DNA of 63,402 bases, filler included, from Coriobacteriales bacterium (GCA_031263105.1; 7 parts of 7 records of this genome joined end to end with filler, not necessarily neighbours in it), one strand, 5' to 3'; positions 10,265 through 19,949 are shown, numbered from the whole stretch's first letter. Notes: generated from the sequence alone by a model not told the origin. Translations and numbers: made by a program.

Positions 10265-11086
10265 GTGGCTCGCGGCGACCGCAGGCGGTCCAGACAGTGG
10301 CGTTTCTCGGACTCGCCGCGCCGCTTCGGCGCTCAGAGGAACTACCGTTCCATCACGGACCATCAGCCGATCTCGGACACCTTCGCGCGCAAGATACTCT
10401 ACTGCAGGCGCTGCGGGAACCGCGTCGTCAGCAATGTGAGCCATTGCCCCTTCTGCGGCAAGAGCCTGCTGCCCTTCTTCAAGCGCCTCTGGTTCTGGCT
10501 CCTGGTCGTCGTCCTGAGCGCCGCCGCGACCGTCGCCCTGCTGTTCCTCAGCCCGACTGCAGAAGACGTCGCGCCCCCGCAGGAGACGCCGCTCCCTGTG
10601 GTGATAGGCGCACCGCCCACGACGCCCGCAAAGGACCTCGCCGTGGGCACGACGGTCGACTGCAACAACCTGCTCGTCACCGTCACCGGCGTCACGCACG
10701 ACCTTGTCGCCTCCGACGGCTCCCCCATCACCACCGTCGAGATACAGTTCCTCAACAAGGGCGCCGAGACGGTGGCCCTGTACTCGACGCAATGGCAGCT
10801 CGAGACGACGGGAGGGGACCGGCACGACCGCTATATCGGCAAGACGTCGGAGGGCGCCAACGTCAGCGGCGGCCTCGACTCCCAAGAGCTGGAGAAGGAC
10901 GGCACCCTCACCGTGAGCCTCTCCTTCGCGGCCGAAGGCCCCCTCCTGGCAGTGTACGCCCCCGACGCCCTCTCCTATACCGAGGCGGCGCTGGTCACCT
11001 GGTCGGTCTCACCGTCGGTCGCCCAGGACCCCCGGGCATCCGAGGGCTCCCAGGCCTCCGAGACGCCCCAAGGGGACGTCGGCTGA
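10265..11086 (+). CDS. Zinc-ribbon, single-TM membrane protein with an extracytoplasmic beta-rich (DUF4352-like) domain
   Basis: AAGGAGG RBS before GTG; CRRC...CPFC; TM segment LWFWLLVVVLSAAATVALLF. Confidence 0.75.
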   Translation: MARGDRRRSRQWRFSDSPRRFGAQRNYRSITDHQPISDTFARKILYCRRCGNRVVSNVSHCPFCGKSLLPFFKRLWFWLLVVVLSAAATVALLFLSPTAEDVAPPQETPLPVVIGAPPTTPAKDLAVGTTVDCNNLLVTVTGVTHDLVASDGSPITTVEIQFLNKGAETVALYSTQWQLETTGGDRHDRYIGKTSEGANVSGGLDSQELEKDGTLTVSLSFAAEGPLLAVYAPDALSYTEAALVTWSVSPSVAQDPRASEGSQASETPQGDVG

Positions 11087-11163
11087 AGCGGCTTCCGGGG
11101 CAGTGCCGAACAAGTGCCTGTGCGTCGGATGCAGGGCGTTCTCCCCGTCATCCTCCCTCCCGG

Positions 11164-12123
11164 TCAGTCCCCTAGCTGCTCCGCCACGGTGAACTCGTCG
11201 AGGCCTTCGCCGTACTTCGTCGCAAGTTTCCTGAACTTGGGCTCGCGCTGCTTCCAGAGGGCGTAGAGCGGCGACGCGATGGCGATGGAGGAGTACGAGC
11301 CGAGTATGAGCCCGATGGACATGGCGAAGGCGAAGTCCTTCAAGGTCTCCCCGCCGAAGAACAACATGGCAAGGACGGGGATCATTGTGGAGAGGGTCGT
11401 GTTGATGGTGCGCATGAGCACCTGGTTGACCGAGTGGTTCGCGACCGTCATGAACGAGTGGCGCGAGGTCGTCGAGAGGTTGTCGTTGATGCGATGGAAC
11501 ACGACGACGGTGTCGTAGAGCGAGTAGCCCATGATGGTGAGCAGGGCTGCCACGACGTTCGGGGTGACCTCCCGGCCGACGATCGCATAGACGCCGACTA
11601 TGATGAGGAGGTCGTGGACCAAGGTGGTGACCGCGACGACCCCCATCTTGTACTCGAACCGGATGGCGATGTAGATGATGATGAGCGCCAAGGCGACGAG
11701 GAACGCGATGAGCGAGGTGCGCGTGACCTCCGCACCCCAGCCCGGCCCGACGGTCATGGCCTCGGCGGTCGTGCTGTCGATGCCCAACGCGGCACTGACC
11801 GCGTCCTTGTAGGTGGAGGCCTCCTGGGCGTCCGTCGTGGATATGCCGACGATGAAGCCCGCCTCCCCCGTGCGCACGTCGGTGGAGGTCTGGACGATGG
11901 CGCCCTGCACCCCTGCGTCCTCGAAGGCCGTGCGCATCTCGTCGATGCTGATCTCGCCGGTGTTCTTGAAGTCGATGGACGAGCCGCCCACGAACTCGAT
12001 GCCGAAGTTGAGGCCCTTTACCGGCAGGGCGACGAGGGCCGCGACCATGAGGACGATCGAGATGATGAAGAACACCCTGCGGTGACGGAGGAAGTCGACG
12101 TCCTTCTTGAACGGCCTAACCAT
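11164..12123 (-). CDS. secF: Protein translocase subunit SecF
   Basis: GLNFGIEFVGG, GYSLYDTVVVFHRI, RTINTTLST. Confidence 0.96.
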   Translation of the reverse strand: MVRPFKKDVDFLRHRRVFFIISIVLMVAALVALPVKGLNFGIEFVGGSSIDFKNTGEISIDEMRTAFEDAGVQGAIVQTSTDVRTGEAGFIVGISTTDAQEASTYKDAVSAALGIDSTTAEAMTVGPGWGAEVTRTSLIAFLVALALIIIYIAIRFEYKMGVVAVTTLVHDLLIIVGVYAIVGREVTPNVVAALLTIMGYSLYDTVVVFHRINDNLSTTSRHSFMTVANHSVNQVLMRTINTTLSTMIPVLAMLFFGGETLKDFAFAMSIGLILGSYSSIAIASPLYALWKQREPKFRKLATKYGEGLDEFTVAEQLGD

Positions 12124-13711
12124 TCTCAACACCCCTTCTCATCTCGCCGGCTGCTCGTGCGAGCTCCTCGTCCTCCTTGATGCCCCAGAACCCCGGATGG
12201 CGCGTTATCACGTTGGGGGCGAGGAGACGGATGAGCGGCGCCTTGAAGATGAGCATGGTCACTATGTCGCAGATGACCCCGAGGGCGAGCGTCAGGCCGA
12301 AGCCCTTGACGGAGCCGACGGCGATGAAGAACAGCGCGAGCGCGCTGACCAAGGTGACGAGGTCGGCGTCTATGGAGGTCACGATCGCATGCCTCACCCC
12401 CGTGACGGAGGAGGCGCGCACCGAGCGCCCCATGCGTATCTCCTCCTTGAAGCGTTCGAGGACGAGGATGGAGGAGTCGGCGGCCACGCCGATGGAGAGC
12501 ACGATGCCGGCGATGCCTGCAAGCGAGAGCGCGAACTGGCCGAAGTAGGACAGGAGGGCGAGCACGCCGAGGTAGAGTATCGCGAAGACCCCGATCGCCC
12601 CTGCGGTCAGCAGGCCGATGCCCTTGTAGAACAGCAGGAGGTACAGCGCGACGATGATGAGGCCGATGATGGCGACGAGCACGCCTGCGCGCAGGGAGTC
12701 CTGGCCGAGCGTCGGGCCGATGACCTGCGACGTCGCGACCTCGAGGGTCACGGGCAGGGAGCCGGACTGCAGGATGGTCCGAAGCTGGTTCGCCCCGTCG
12801 ACGCTGTAGTTGCCGGTGATGGCGACCCTGCCGTTCGTGATGGCGTTCTGGACCGCAGGGGCGGACTGCACGTAGCCGTCCAGAAGGATGGCTATCATGC
12901 CCTTCGTCGGGTACAGCGCGGTCGTCGTGGTGCCGAAGGACTCGGTCGCCGCAGCATCCAACTCGAGGTTGACCGCGTAGTAGGGGCTCCCCTCCTTCTC
13001 ACGGTCGACGTTCACGCTCCTGATGTTGGAGCCGGAGAAGACGGGGGTGTAGGTGCCCGCCTCGAGCCTGAGGGGCTCCCACTCCATGCCGATGGACTGC
13101 GCGAGGGGCAGCAGCGAGCCGGAGAGGGGGTCGGTGGTCGTGTCGCTGGGGAACTCGACGACCGTCTCCTCCTCGCCGGAAACGGTCGTGGAAGAGAGGA
13201 AGAGCTGGGCGTTCACGGGTATGTCCTCCTTGCCCGCAAGGGCGCCGAGGCGTTGGAGGTAGTCGCGGTCGATCGCCATCCCCGTCTCTATGGCGTTCTT
13301 GGCCGTCTCGTCGGTGATCGCCGTGACGTCGACGAACTCGAGCATGCCGGTCGTGCCTATCGTGTTGAGCGCCTGCGTCTGGTCGACGAGCCCCGGCATC
13401 TGGACCAGGAGCTGGTCGCTGCCCTGGACCTGGACGCTTGCCTCCGACGCGCCGAGGAGGTTGATGCGCCTGTCGACGATCTGGGCGGCGGCCTGCATCT
13501 CGTCGGCGGTCACGGCCGAGCCGTCGGGCTTCTGCGCCGCCAGCACGACGGCCAGCCCGCCCTTCACGTCGAGGCCCTGCGTGACGCGCTCCTGCGGCGG
13601 CCAGAACATGAGCACGGAGCCCGCGAGCAGCACCGCCAGCAGGACGAGCAGCGTGACCTGCGGCCTCTTGGGCGAGGCCTTCTTCTTTACCTTGAACCTT
13701 CTGTCAGCCAT
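12116..13711 (-). CDS. secD: Protein translocase subunit SecD
   Basis: GLDVKGG, SGSLPV, IGPTLG, GVAADSSILVLERFKEE, KGFGLTL; ATG at 13711 after a GAAGGGG RBS. Confidence 0.96.
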   Translation of the reverse strand: MADRRFKVKKKASPKRPQVTLLVLLAVLLAGSVLMFWPPQERVTQGLDVKGGLAVVLAAQKPDGSAVTADEMQAAAQIVDRRINLLGASEASVQVQGSDQLLVQMPGLVDQTQALNTIGTTGMLEFVDVTAITDETAKNAIETGMAIDRDYLQRLGALAGKEDIPVNAQLFLSSTTVSGEEETVVEFPSDTTTDPLSGSLLPLAQSIGMEWEPLRLEAGTYTPVFSGSNIRSVNVDREKEGSPYYAVNLELDAAATESFGTTTTALYPTKGMIAILLDGYVQSAPAVQNAITNGRVAITGNYSVDGANQLRTILQSGSLPVTLEVATSQVIGPTLGQDSLRAGVLVAIIGLIIVALYLLLFYKGIGLLTAGAIGVFAILYLGVLALLSYFGQFALSLAGIAGIVLSIGVAADSSILVLERFKEEIRMGRSVRASSVTGVRHAIVTSIDADLVTLVSALALFFIAVGSVKGFGLTLALGVICDIVTMLIFKAPLIRLLAPNVITRHPGFWGIKEDEELARAAGEMRRGVENG

Positions 13712-13830
13712 GGGCACCCCTTCAGGATGAGGACTGTGAGAACCTTGGTCGTGCGGCCCCGGCAATGGGTCGCACGAAAACGCACAAGCACCAATTATAC
13801 CGAAAGTTGCGCCGCGTGCATCGGACATAG

Positions 13831-13990
13831 CTGAAGTGGGGAGAAAGGGGAGGCGTGCCGCTCGCAAAGGGGGGAGGAAGCGAAATCCCTTTCGCTTCCT
13901 CCCCCCTTTGGAACCCCCCTCCATCACTTTCGGCCTTGGGCGCTCTGCGGCGCTGCGCGCCTGCGCGCCTTGGTCGAGACTGAAGTGGGG
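13831..13990. repeat. Second palindromic element type upstream of secD
   Basis: CAAAGGGGGGAGGAAGCGAAA/TTTCGCTTCCTCCCCCCTTTG hairpin, bracketed by an 11-bp direct repeat CTGAAGTGGGG (13831, 13980). Confidence 0.55.
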
Positions 13991-14103
13991 GTCGCGGGGG
14001 CGGCGCTGTGCGCCTTGGGAGCGACGTGACGGACCTTTTGATATACTAATGACTAGTCATTGGGCAGATTGAGGCTCTATGAGGGCAGAAAGGCAGGCGA
14101 AAC

Positions 14104-14265
14104 GTTACACGTCACACCCCACTGTCATTCCGAGCCTGTCGAGGAATCCACGGCCGCGCCAGCGGTCGACCGCAGGTCGAAGGGTCCCCTGACCTGCCGT
14201 TGGACACTGCGTGTCCAAGGATTCCTCGGCGGGACTCGGAATGACAGTGGGGTGTGACGTGTAAC
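14104..14265. mobile_element. Complete family A MITE (162 bp) with perfect 8-bp TSD GGCGAAAC
   Basis: 31-bp TIR GTTACACGTCACACCCCACTGTCATTCCGAG; GGCGAAAC at 14096-14103 and 14266-14273. Confidence 0.9.
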
Positions 14266-14326
14266 GGCGAAACTGCGGCTCGCAGCCGATTCATGCTGCA
14301 ACTGGACAACGGACGAGGAGAATGCC

Positions 14327-14587
14327 ATGACGACGTACACACTTGCACAGGCAAAGGCCAACCTCTCGAAGGCGATAGGCGAGGTCGAGGCCGGCGGTGC
14401 CGTCCTCATCACGAAGCACGGACATCCCGCTGCGCTCATGACGCGGCCGGAGCATATGCCTGCTGCGGAGAAGAGGCAGCTGCACGGCTGCCTCAAGGAG
14501 GAGTTCGCAGGCTGGCAGATGCCCGAGGACTTCGACCGGATGATGCAAGACGAGATGGTCGCCCTGTTCGAAGGGGATGCCCTATGA
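14327..14587 (+). CDS. Phd/YefM antitoxin
   Basis: AKANLSKAI...VLITKHGHPAA; C-terminal MPEDFD; overlaps a PIN toxin gene. Confidence 0.88.
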   Translation: MTTYTLAQAKANLSKAIGEVEAGGAVLITKHGHPAALMTRPEHMPAAEKRQLHGCLKEEFAGWQMPEDFDRMMQDEMVALFEGDAL

Positions 14588-14967
14588 GGGTGCTCATGGA
14601 CACCAACGTGATAATCCGCTCGATGGCAGGCACGCTCGGGAAGGACGGAGCAGACGTGCTTGAGGACATGAGCAACACGCTCTACTACAGCCCCGTCAGC
14701 ATCTGGGAGATGGTCATCAAGCAGCGTACCGGCAAGCTCGCGATGCCGACAGAGGCCGGTGTCGTCCGCCGCCAGCTGGAGGAGAAGGGCTGCCGCGAGC
14801 TCCCCGTGACCTCGCGCCATGCGCTCGCGACCGGTGCCCTTGCCGATGTCAACAAGGACCCCTTCGACAGGATGCTCGTCGCCCAGGCCCTCACCGAGGG
14901 CCTGACGCTCATGACGACCGACCGCCTCCTCTCGGGCTACGCCGCCGAGGTCATGACGGTCGAGTGA
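14584..14967 (+). CDS. vapC: VapC PIN-domain toxin
   Basis: LMDTN, SIWE, KDPFDRMLVAQA, LMTTD; ATGA overlap with the antitoxin. Confidence 0.9.
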   Translation: MRVLMDTNVIIRSMAGTLGKDGADVLEDMSNTLYYSPVSIWEMVIKQRTGKLAMPTEAGVVRRQLEEKGCRELPVTSRHALATGALADVNKDPFDRMLVAQALTEGLTLMTTDRLLSGYAAEVMTVE

Positions 14968-15276
14968 GACGAAGGCAGGGCCAGTCCGCATTCAGCACAT
15001 CCGTAATTTTCTCACTATCCACATTTGTGCAAATTCTCTCCCATTTCGGCTCTTCGCCACTTTGCGTGGGCAACAAATTGTTATACACGTGTTTAGAGGT
15101 CAGCGGCAGCCGACGAGAGACGGCACGCCTTGAGGAAGGCGCTGCGGCTGCCCTCGAGGACGGATTGGCGGGCGTGATGCATAAGGGTGGTGAGGAAGTG
15201 GAGGCTGCTCTCGCCCGTGGGGGCCGTCCCCCTGTGCCGCCAGAAACATGCCAAGGAACAGCCCTGACAAAAGGAC

Positions 15277-15306
15277 GGGCGGCACCCTCCTAGGAGGGTG
15301 CCGCCC
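15277..15306 (-). terminator. Perfect 30-bp palindrome, possible minus-strand terminator or repeat remnant
   Basis: GGGCGGCACCCTCCT|AGGAGGGTGCCGCCC followed on the minus strand by GTCCTTTTG. Confidence 0.4.
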
Positions 15307-15409
15307 CTATCAAAATGGCAAAAATCATCATACGCCTTTGCCGCACCGAAGTGAAGGGGGAATTTCGAATCCGCATTGCGCAGACCTGAAAGGTTACACC
15401 CAATAAGTC

Positions 15410-15572
15410 GTTACACGTCACACCCCCACTGCCATTCCGAGCCTGTCGAGGAATCCTCGGCCGCGCCAGCGGCCGACCGCAGGCCGAGGGGCCCCCCGAC
15501 CTGCCGTTGGACACTGCGGGTCCAAGGATTCCTCGGCGGGGCTCGGAATGACAGTGGGGTGTGACGTGTAAC
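15410..15572. mobile_element. Complete family A MITE, close copy of 14104-14265
   Basis: Same GTTACACGTCACACCCC...GGGGTGTGACGTGTAAC ends; no clean TSD; degenerate GTTAC remnants on both sides. Confidence 0.88.
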
Positions 15573-15767
15573 TGAGAAAGGGTTACTAGAAAGGGTTACT
15601 CGCACCCAATGTCATTAAGTTAAGCTTTTTCAGTACAGCCAAGCACGTATAACGGATGACTCTCTCCCTCAATTCTCTGCGTGAACGGGCCAGACCGTCC
15701 TTACAGGGGCAATCCAGCGTCTTTTGCCGTCCCTCACCCACTCAGACGCGGTGACGGCTTGCGGTGT

Positions 15768-15787
15768 GTATATATTTTAATATATAC
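15768..15787 (+). promoter_or_regulatory. Probable VapBC operator/promoter
   Basis: Inverted repeat GTATATATT-TT-AATATATAC 40 bp upstream of vapB. Confidence 0.65.
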
Positions 15788-15826
15788 TTATATTCTCACA
15801 AAAGGCCACAGATGAAAGGAAGCACC

Positions 15827-16057
15827 TTGGACACCGCGAAGCTCTTTTCCAATGGCAGCAGCCAGGCCGTCAGGCTTCCCAAGAAGTACCGGTTCTCCGG
15901 CGAGGAGGTCTACATCAGGAAACACGGGGAAATCGTCTATCTGTTCCCCAAAGAGAAGGCTTGGGAGATATTTTCGAGCGGGCTGGAAAATTTCAGCGAC
16001 GACTACATGGCGGACGGCAGGCAACAGCCTGCGTTCCAGGATCTGAGCAGCCTGTGA
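15827..16057 (+). CDS. vapB: VapB antitoxin (AbrB/MazE fold)
   Basis: [26 protein letters not shown] before TTG. Confidence 0.9.
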   Translation: MDTAKLFSNGSSQAVRLPKKYRFSGEEVYIRKHGEIVYLFPKEKAWEIFSSGLENFSDDYMADGRQQPAFQDLSSL

Positions 16058-16461
16058 GCTACCTCTTGGACACCGATACCTGCATCAACATCATCAGGAG
16101 CAGAAAGGGCTCCCTGATCCGCAAGGTCACGGCGATGGAACTGGAGAAGCTTTCGGTTTCGACCGTCACGGTAGCGGAGCTTCACTATGGTGTGGCCAAA
16201 AGCTCAGCCATTGAGCAGAACACCATGGCGCTGACGCAGTTCCTGGCGCCTATGAAGGTATGGGGCCTCGACGAGAGGGCGGCTTGCCTCTATGGAGGAA
16301 TTCGTGCCGACCTGCAGGCACGGGGTCTGGTAATCGGTCCCTACGATATGTTGATTGCAGCCCAAGCCTTGTCCTGTGGCCTGACGCTGGTTACCAACAA
16401 CATCAGAGAGTTCAAGCGCATCAAAGGCCTGAGCCTGGAAAGCTGGCACGAATTGGCATAA
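16054..16461 (+). CDS. vapC: VapC PIN-domain toxin
   Basis: [38 protein letters not shown] overlap. Confidence 0.92.
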   Translation: MSYLLDTDTCINIIRSRKGSLIRKVTAMELEKLSVSTVTVAELHYGVAKSSAIEQNTMALTQFLAPMKVWGLDERAACLYGGIRADLQARGLVIGPYDMLIAAQALSCGLTLVTNNIREFKRIKGLSLESWHELA

Positions 16462-16530
16462 CATTGTTGACAATAAATGTAAGCAGCAGCAGCAAGTGGT
16501 AAATCAGCGACTTAGCGGTGCCGAGGATGG

Positions 16531-16812
16531 TTATCGAGGGATGCCGCGATACGCCTCGCGCCGGTGCCCGACCCTGAACAGCTCCACCGTCACCTGCTCG
16601 TCGTCGATCGTCCCGAGCACCCGGTACACCCCGATGCGCCAGCGCCAGCCGCCCTCCACCGTCTCCAGCTTCCTCCCGTTGGGGACGGCACGGGGGTCCT
16701 CGCAGCCCTCGAGGTTCTCCAGTATCCAGTGTGCGACGATCGAGCGGGCCTTCTTGTCGAGCTTGGCGATCTCCTTCTCCGCCCGTTTCCTGATGACGAC
16801 CCGGTAGCTCAT
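16531..16812 (-). CDS. RelE/ParE family toxin
   Basis: AEKEIAKLD...DPR...WRWRIGVYRV...VGHRREAY. Confidence 0.9.
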   Translation of the reverse strand: MSYRVVIRKRAEKEIAKLDKKARSIVAHWILENLEGCEDPRAVPNGRKLETVEGGWRWRIGVYRVLGTIDDEQVTVELFRVGHRREAYRGIPR

Positions 16813-17039
16813 GCGATGCCGTGTCTTCGCATCAGCTCGGCGATGCCGATGCCCTCGTCGTCCGGGGCGGATGCCTTGACGGCCTCGAGGAGGTCGAGAG
16901 CGTCCATCTCGTCCTCCAGGCGCTCCAGCGCCCACTCGCGAACCTGGGCGGAGAAGCTCTTGCCCCTCATGCCCGCGAACGCCCCTATCCACTCCTTCTC
17001 CTCCGGCTCGAAGCGTATGGCCGACACCGTCTTGCCCAT
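16809..17039 (-). CDS. RelB-like (DUF6290-type) antitoxin
   Basis: RHH-like IRFEPEEK; ERLEDEMD; overlaps the toxin start. Confidence 0.8.
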   Translation of the reverse strand: MGKTVSAIRFEPEEKEWIGAFAGMRGKSFSAQVREWALERLEDEMDALDLLEAVKASAPDDEGIGIAELMRRHGIA

Positions 17040-17210
17040 CGCAGCTCCTTCCTGTGCGTTTACATCGTATACGCATTATACGCCGACTGCGGAGCCCTGC
17101 CAAGGCCTCGGAGAGAGGATGTCTCGGTGATATTCCTCGAAGAGGTCGAAGGGGCTACGACCGTCACCGCTTGAACAGTTTGTCGATGTCCGCCTTGCCA
17201 GCGACCACCC

Positions 17211-17405
17211 TCACGTTGCCTGGTATCCTCGCATCTTTCTTCGCCTTGCGGGAGGACTCGGCCCCAGTTTGTATGAGTCAAAGTCATAGCTGGCATGAAA
17301 CGACACAGGGGCACCTGGCTGGCGCTTGCTCTTGTAAATCAGGTAGTCGACAAAGTGCGACAGCTCATCGCTGAACACGTCGGGGACTTGCTTTACTTTT
17401 TCCAA
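17211..17405 (-). pseudogene. Possible DUF2281-like antitoxin remnant
   Basis: LEKVKQVPD...ELSHFVDYL resembles the DUF2281 N-terminus; degenerate afterwards. Confidence 0.3.
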
Positions 17406-17491
17406 GACTGCCTCCGCAACTCGCCCCCTGCCTTCCGTTGAGTCCCTCTCGACAGTTCGCTATAATTGCCAAAAGGAACGGAGGCTTCGCC

Positions 17492-17740
17492 ATGAAGGTG
17501 ACGTTGTCGAGGAAAGCGCACAAGCAATACGATAGACTTAATGAACCTATCAGGAGCCGTGTACGGACAGCGCTCGACTGTTTGTCGAAAGAACCTCCGC
17601 AGGGAGACATCAAGAGCCTTGAAGGGCGTGATGGCTACCGGGTGCGTGTCGGTGGACATAGAATCATATTCGACCGCATACACGACACTATTGTCGTATA
17701 CGGCATTGAGCCGCGTGGCGGCGCATACAAAAGGAGATGA
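17492..17740 (+). CDS. RelE/ParE family toxin (toxin-first arrangement)
   Basis: PPQGDIKSLEG...YRVRVGGHRIIF...IEPRGGAYK. Confidence 0.88.
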   Translation: MKVTLSRKAHKQYDRLNEPIRSRVRTALDCLSKEPPQGDIKSLEGRDGYRVRVGGHRIIFDRIHDTIVVYGIEPRGGAYKRR

Positions 17741-17744
17741 CGTC

Positions 17745-17960
17745 ATGAGCCCGTTGAGACAGGAAGTGTTGGACTACATTGATGAAATACCCGATGTGAA
17801 GCTTGAGGCCTTGCGCCCTCTGCTGCGCATGCTCGTAAATGATGAGGCCGTTGTCATTGAGACAGATTTGACCAACGACGAAAGGGCCATCGTTTTGGAG
17901 GGACGGAAAGAATACGAAGAGCGTCCTGAGACCTTTGTGCCATTGAGGGCGTTGCAGTAA
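17745..17960 (+). CDS. Putative antitoxin downstream of the RelE-like toxin
   Basis: 71-aa acidic protein with AAGGAG RBS, directly after the toxin. Confidence 0.7.
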   Translation: MSPLRQEVLDYIDEIPDVKLEALRPLLRMLVNDEAVVIETDLTNDERAIVLEGRKEYEERPETFVPLRALQ

Positions 17961-18331
17961 GGAGCAACCCCGGCATTTCGCTTTGCTTTGCCATAATGTC
18001 CTTCGTTAGGGTGTATGCCCTTTTGGCGAAGGCTTGCTGCGCAGCTTTTTTACTGGAGCTACCTGAAGTGTCAGTGGATTCCATGAGGAACGTAGCGTAC
18101 AGAAGCGTGGTATCCAATGCGCTTGCAGAACCAATGCAGTCCCGCATTTCCGAAAGGGCCGTTGAGGCAGGCCAAAGCCTTGCGCGGGCAGTGTGTGTCC
18201 ATGGTGACTCCCTTTCTGCTATCCCGGCTGTGCCCATGCGGGCAGCAGGGGACGGGCACGGGCACACGTGCCGGGGGCGCGTGTGGGTGCTGCGCCTTTG
18301 GGGTGCCTGGCAGGTTTTTTAAAATTGGGTA

Positions 18332-18351
18332 CCCCCCCCCCCCCCCCCCCC
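18332..18351. repeat. C20 homopolymer
   Basis: 20 consecutive C, directly adjacent to TGTCAA (TTGACA on the minus strand). Confidence 0.9.
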
Positions 18352-18607
18352 TGTCAAGTAGGGAGAAGAGAAAAAAATGAAAACGTCGTGCGTTTTCCGG
18401 GCGCTCGAACCCTCCGAAGGAGGGGAATTCGCAGCCACAATCGCGGCATCTCTCCGAGGGAGGGGAATTTGACATCCTATGAACCATAACAGCCGTAAAG
18501 GGAGTAGTCCCGTTTTCGTCCGAGAAGCAACATAATTTCCGGAAATTATGTTACAATTACGACGAAACTTCTAGTTTGACCGCCTCAATTTCTTCCAAGG
18601 AGTCGCC

Positions 18608-19906
18608 ATGAAGCGAAAAATAGAAGGAGCGCTGCTGTCGTGGAAGAAATCGCCGGCCCGCAAGCCGTTGGTGTTGAACGGTGCAAGGCAGGTCGGCAAG
18701 ACCTATTCGATCCTGAAGTTTGCCAAGGCCGAATACGGGAACCATGCCCACATCGACTTCTCTGCCCAAAAGGACATCGCCGCGTTGTTCGCTGCCGACA
18801 TCACCCCGGACGCCCTTGTCCCCCAGTTGCGAGCAAGGCTCAAAACCAGACTGGAACCGGCGGAGACCCTCCTGTTCTTCGACGAGATACAGACGTGTCC
18901 CCGGGCGCTGACATCGTTGAAGTACTTCTGCGAGCAGGCGCCGCACTGGCACATCATTGCCGCAGGCAGCCTTCTGGGCGTTGCCTTGGGTCGGGAGGAG
19001 TATTCCTATCCTGTGGGCAAGGTCGATACCGCCGCACTGCACCCGATGGACTTCGAGGAATACCTCTGGGCGAGGGGAGAGGAGACGCTCTCGCAGCTGA
19101 TACGGGAGGCGTTTGACGAGAATCGGGCGCTCGGCCTGCACGACCGGGCGCTGCGGCTGATGCGGGACTACTGGTTTTGCGGCGGCATGCCGGAAGTCGT
19201 CAGGGCAACGAGCTCACAGGCAGCCCCCGCCGCAGAGATCCGCAGGCTGCAAGGGGCGATCGTCGAGGGTTTCTTGGCGGATATGACCAAATACGCCTCT
19301 CCCCTGGACACGGCGAAGCTCCTCAACGTCTGGCACGGCGTCCCCGAACAGCTGGCGAAGAAGAACCACAAGTTCCAGTACGCCACCATCGCATCCTCCG
19401 CCCGCGCCCATCAGTACGAGGCTCCGGTCAATTGGCTCAAGGCCGCAGGACTGGTGAGCCTCTGCCACCGCATAACCGACGCCCTCTCTCCGTTGGGAGC
19501 GTTTCGGGAACAGGGCTTCTTCAAGCTCTACCTGCTGGACACGGGGATACTGACGGGCCTGTACGGTGCGGAGCAAAGCGACCTGGAGCCCTCGGCGGAC
19601 AAGGGCTCGCGCTTCCGGGGCGGCATCGCCGAGAACTACGTCATGCAGCAGTTGACAGCCAAAGGAATAGACCCGTTTTACTGGGGAACGGCCTCGAAGT
19701 CCGAAGTCGACTTCGTCTTTGGCTCCAAAAGCGGAGACATCATCCCCCTGGAGGTCAAGTCAGGGAAAAACGTCACTGCCAAGAGCCTTGAGTCCTACCG
19801 CAACGCCTACAGTCCCAAGTACGTCATCCGTTGCTCGACGAAGAACTTCGGCTTTGAGAACGGCATCAGGTCTGTGCCGCTCTACGCCGCCTCCTGCATC
19901 GAGTAG
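18608..19906 (+). CDS. AAA_14 ATPase with C-terminal DUF4143 (PD-(D/E)xK-like) domain
   Basis: GARQVGKT, FFDEIQ, AAGS, GGMPE, KLYLLDTG, EVDF, PLEVKSG. Confidence 0.92.
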   Translation: MKRKIEGALLSWKKSPARKPLVLNGARQVGKTYSILKFAKAEYGNHAHIDFSAQKDIAALFAADITPDALVPQLRARLKTRLEPAETLLFFDEIQTCPRALTSLKYFCEQAPHWHIIAAGSLLGVALGREEYSYPVGKVDTAALHPMDFEEYLWARGEETLSQLIREAFDENRALGLHDRALRLMRDYWFCGGMPEVVRATSSQAAPAAEIRRLQGAIVEGFLADMTKYASPLDTAKLLNVWHGVPEQLAKKNHKFQYATIASSARAHQYEAPVNWLKAAGLVSLCHRITDALSPLGAFREQGFFKLYLLDTGILTGLYGAEQSDLEPSADKGSRFRGGIAENYVMQQLTAKGIDPFYWGTASKSEVDFVFGSKSGDIIPLEVKSGKNVTAKSLESYRNAYSPKYVIRCSTKNFGFENGIRSVPLYAASCIE

Positions 19907-19949
19907 AAGCCTGCTCCGATCTGCACCCGCAGGGTGCTATACTGCCCAC

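Noticed and set aside
11040..11066. Peptide EGSQASET shared by the zinc-ribbon protein tail and a DMT transporter loop
   Set aside because: Different codons in low-complexity regions; treated as coincidence.
15277..15400. Palindrome and adjacent sequence as a riboswitch or T-box
   Set aside because: No aptamer or T-box consensus recognised and no downstream gene to regulate.
17960..18300. ORFs 17854-18267, 17996-18322 and 18071-18487
   Set aside because: Overlapping, motif-free and crossing a homopolymer or repeat; at most decayed gene debris.
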